Under the pieces are notes generated by a model that was not told where the DNA came from, did not search any database, and was given only the letters and a program-made list of their open reading frames with translations. A program made the position numbers and the translations under genes. 64,000 bases of DNA, taken from positions 22,756,001 through 22,820,000 of the forward strand of contig NC_087250.1 of the NCBI RefSeq assembly GCF_037042905.1, in the 5' to 3' direction. Source of the DNA: Lytechinus pictus. Lineage: Eukaryota. Positions 62,138 through 64,000 of the stretch are shown here, one piece after another (within the stretch, counting starts at the first letter, position 1; each line of letters begins with the position of its first letter).

Positions 62138-63418
62138 GGGCAAGTCCAAGAATTCGCACATTTCAGAGGCTCTAATGACCTGAAAATAGTGTTAAATGAC
62201 TTTGATTAGATTGAATACCCTCATGATGGTAGACATCTAGGAGAAGAATAATCATGCAAAAAATGGTGACATACATGTATGACCTTGACCTTTTAGAGAG
62301 AAAAGATGTGCCGTTACGTATGGGACGCAGAAAAAAGACAATTTTTAAAACATTTTGTTCAAGTTGAGAATTCTCTGAGAGTATTTCATTTGACAACTTG
62401 TAACTTAGTGTGATAGAAGTCACAATACTCTAGTATATCTAAGGCAAGTTTCAGGTCATAAGCCAAATCCCTCTAATTACAGACTCTAATTAAACAAATT
62501 AATGACATGTTACGTATGGGACACTTTGTCCCCATAGAGAACGTACACAATTTTCCCTATAATTCAAAAAATTAAAATAATTTAAAATATGGAAATAACA
62601 AGAGTTTCTTTCTTTTAAAATGTTATATTGAGACATGTTTGATATGACTGAAAGGGAAATTAGCCATTTCAACATTCCCCCCCCCCTTTTTTTCATGGTT
62701 TCATGAATTTCTTATGTATTTCAAATGTTTTTTTTTTTTTTCATATTTTACCATTTTCACAATTTTTTCGCTTCGATTGTTTTCATTTATCAGTATTCAT
62801 AACAAATCAGTCTTTAAAAACTAAAGAAAAGGTAAATAATCACTTTTTAGAGCACTCTTGAAATTTGTTTTTCTCAATTCACTTTTTACACAAATCTCCC
62901 CATTGACATTGTGTGTAAATGTCCCATACTTAACAATTTTTTTATTTTTGAAACTTTTTGTGGTATAACATTCTCATACTTAATAAATTAGAACTTCCCA
63001 GAGATGCAACAATACAAGTATTGTATTATGAGAAATAACTTTAAAAAACATCCTCAAAATGTTACGTATGGGACATTCCATCCTTGGACAAGACCTAATT
63101 TGCATAATTAATTAGATGACACCACTTTTTCCCCCAAAAAGTAATAAGATGTTAGGGGGTCCATGTCCCACCTATGACTGAGTCTCAGAAGTTTTGTTTT
63201 CATTTTCTATGAGTTTTTTTAATTGTCCCATACATAACGCCCATTTTACCAATTATGCAAATTAGGTGCCCCAAATAAGCATAAATATGCATATTATCAA
63301 ATTTTTCTTAATGAAATTTTGAAATTCAACATTTGGGCTTTCTTACCCCACCAAAGATAACTTCTTAAATTAAAGATGAAATTTTGCCTTCTAGGGTGAC
63401 CTTTTCTTGGACTTGCCC
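62138..63418. mobile_element. Unclassified non-autonomous TIR element
   Basis: 15-bp TIR gggcaagtccaagaa / ttcttggacttgccc; internal repeated ttacgtatgggac motifs; TSD unclear. Confidence 0.65.
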
Positions 63419-64000
63419 GTCTATATTTAGGTTCCCCACAGGCAGGGTGGTTGCAGTGAACAAGTGAGGAAGTCTAGCTTAACCATTTTCAATTTTCTGA
63501 GATAGGTAGGACCATAAAATAAAAGCTCTGAATTTGTCATGAAAAATACACAAAAATAATCCTTGATTGCTAAAACATAATAAAGATTACTTTAAAAATA
63601 CAGAAATTCCATATAATTTCTGAAAAAGTAGCCAAATAGATCCATTTTTATTTGCCAAAAAATACATAGATCCAGAAGAAATTGTACCTCGCTTAATGAA
63701 CGTTGCACAGATACACGCACACATGTAAAATGAAGTAATAATACATATTTCAGGTGTAAACATCGCACCGTGCGTCAGCGAGAATCCACGAAAATCCATT
63801 AACTTCATCATGCAATCCTGTATAGTCTATAGACTCTGTTAGCGATTCGCTGAGATATTGGCATCAACGCATTGACAAGCAAACTAACGTGCCTATCCCT
63901 AGACCTAGTCTACCATGTCTACACAAATTTTTGTGCAAATCGCGCTATGGCCGTGCCTGAGAAAATGACATTTCATTGATAGATTTTTACTGTCATGACT

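Noticed and set aside
57800..64000. First coding exon or promoter of BAZ1B
   Set aside because: No exon encoding the WAC N-terminus was found; the region is mostly transposons, so the exon probably lies beyond the window.

Overview
AT-rich, intron-rich animal genomic DNA. The repeat repertoire suggests a marine invertebrate, most likely a sea urchin or other echinoderm (inference). Two convergent protein-coding genes are present. (1) Plus strand: the 3' end of a p190-like RhoGAP gene. One upstream exon (198-303) can be joined in frame to any of three paralogous exons (4072-4252, 9771-9942, 14680-14857), each encoding a different C-terminal part of the GAP domain. (2) Minus strand: BAZ1B/WSTF, with 27 exons reconstructed in one continuous frame from 56577 to 24658 (about 1,790 codons; the first coding exon was not found). 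It has WAC, DDT, WHIM, PHD and bromo domains, a large histone-H1-like TPKK insertion, an atypical bromodomain pocket and a 59-residue acidic tail. Introns and UTRs are full of non-autonomous DNA transposons. These include Kolobok-like elements (one with fused KolX and THAP remnants), piggyBac-like, PIF/Harbinger-like, hAT-like, P-like, Tc1-like and Helentron-type elements, a Transib element with RSS-like ends, and an unclassified long-hairpin element. There are also tRNA-derived SINEs, an L2-type LINE fragment, mini- and microsatellites, and repeated tandem duplications that straddle exon boundaries. All family assignments come from manual reading and recall, not database searches.
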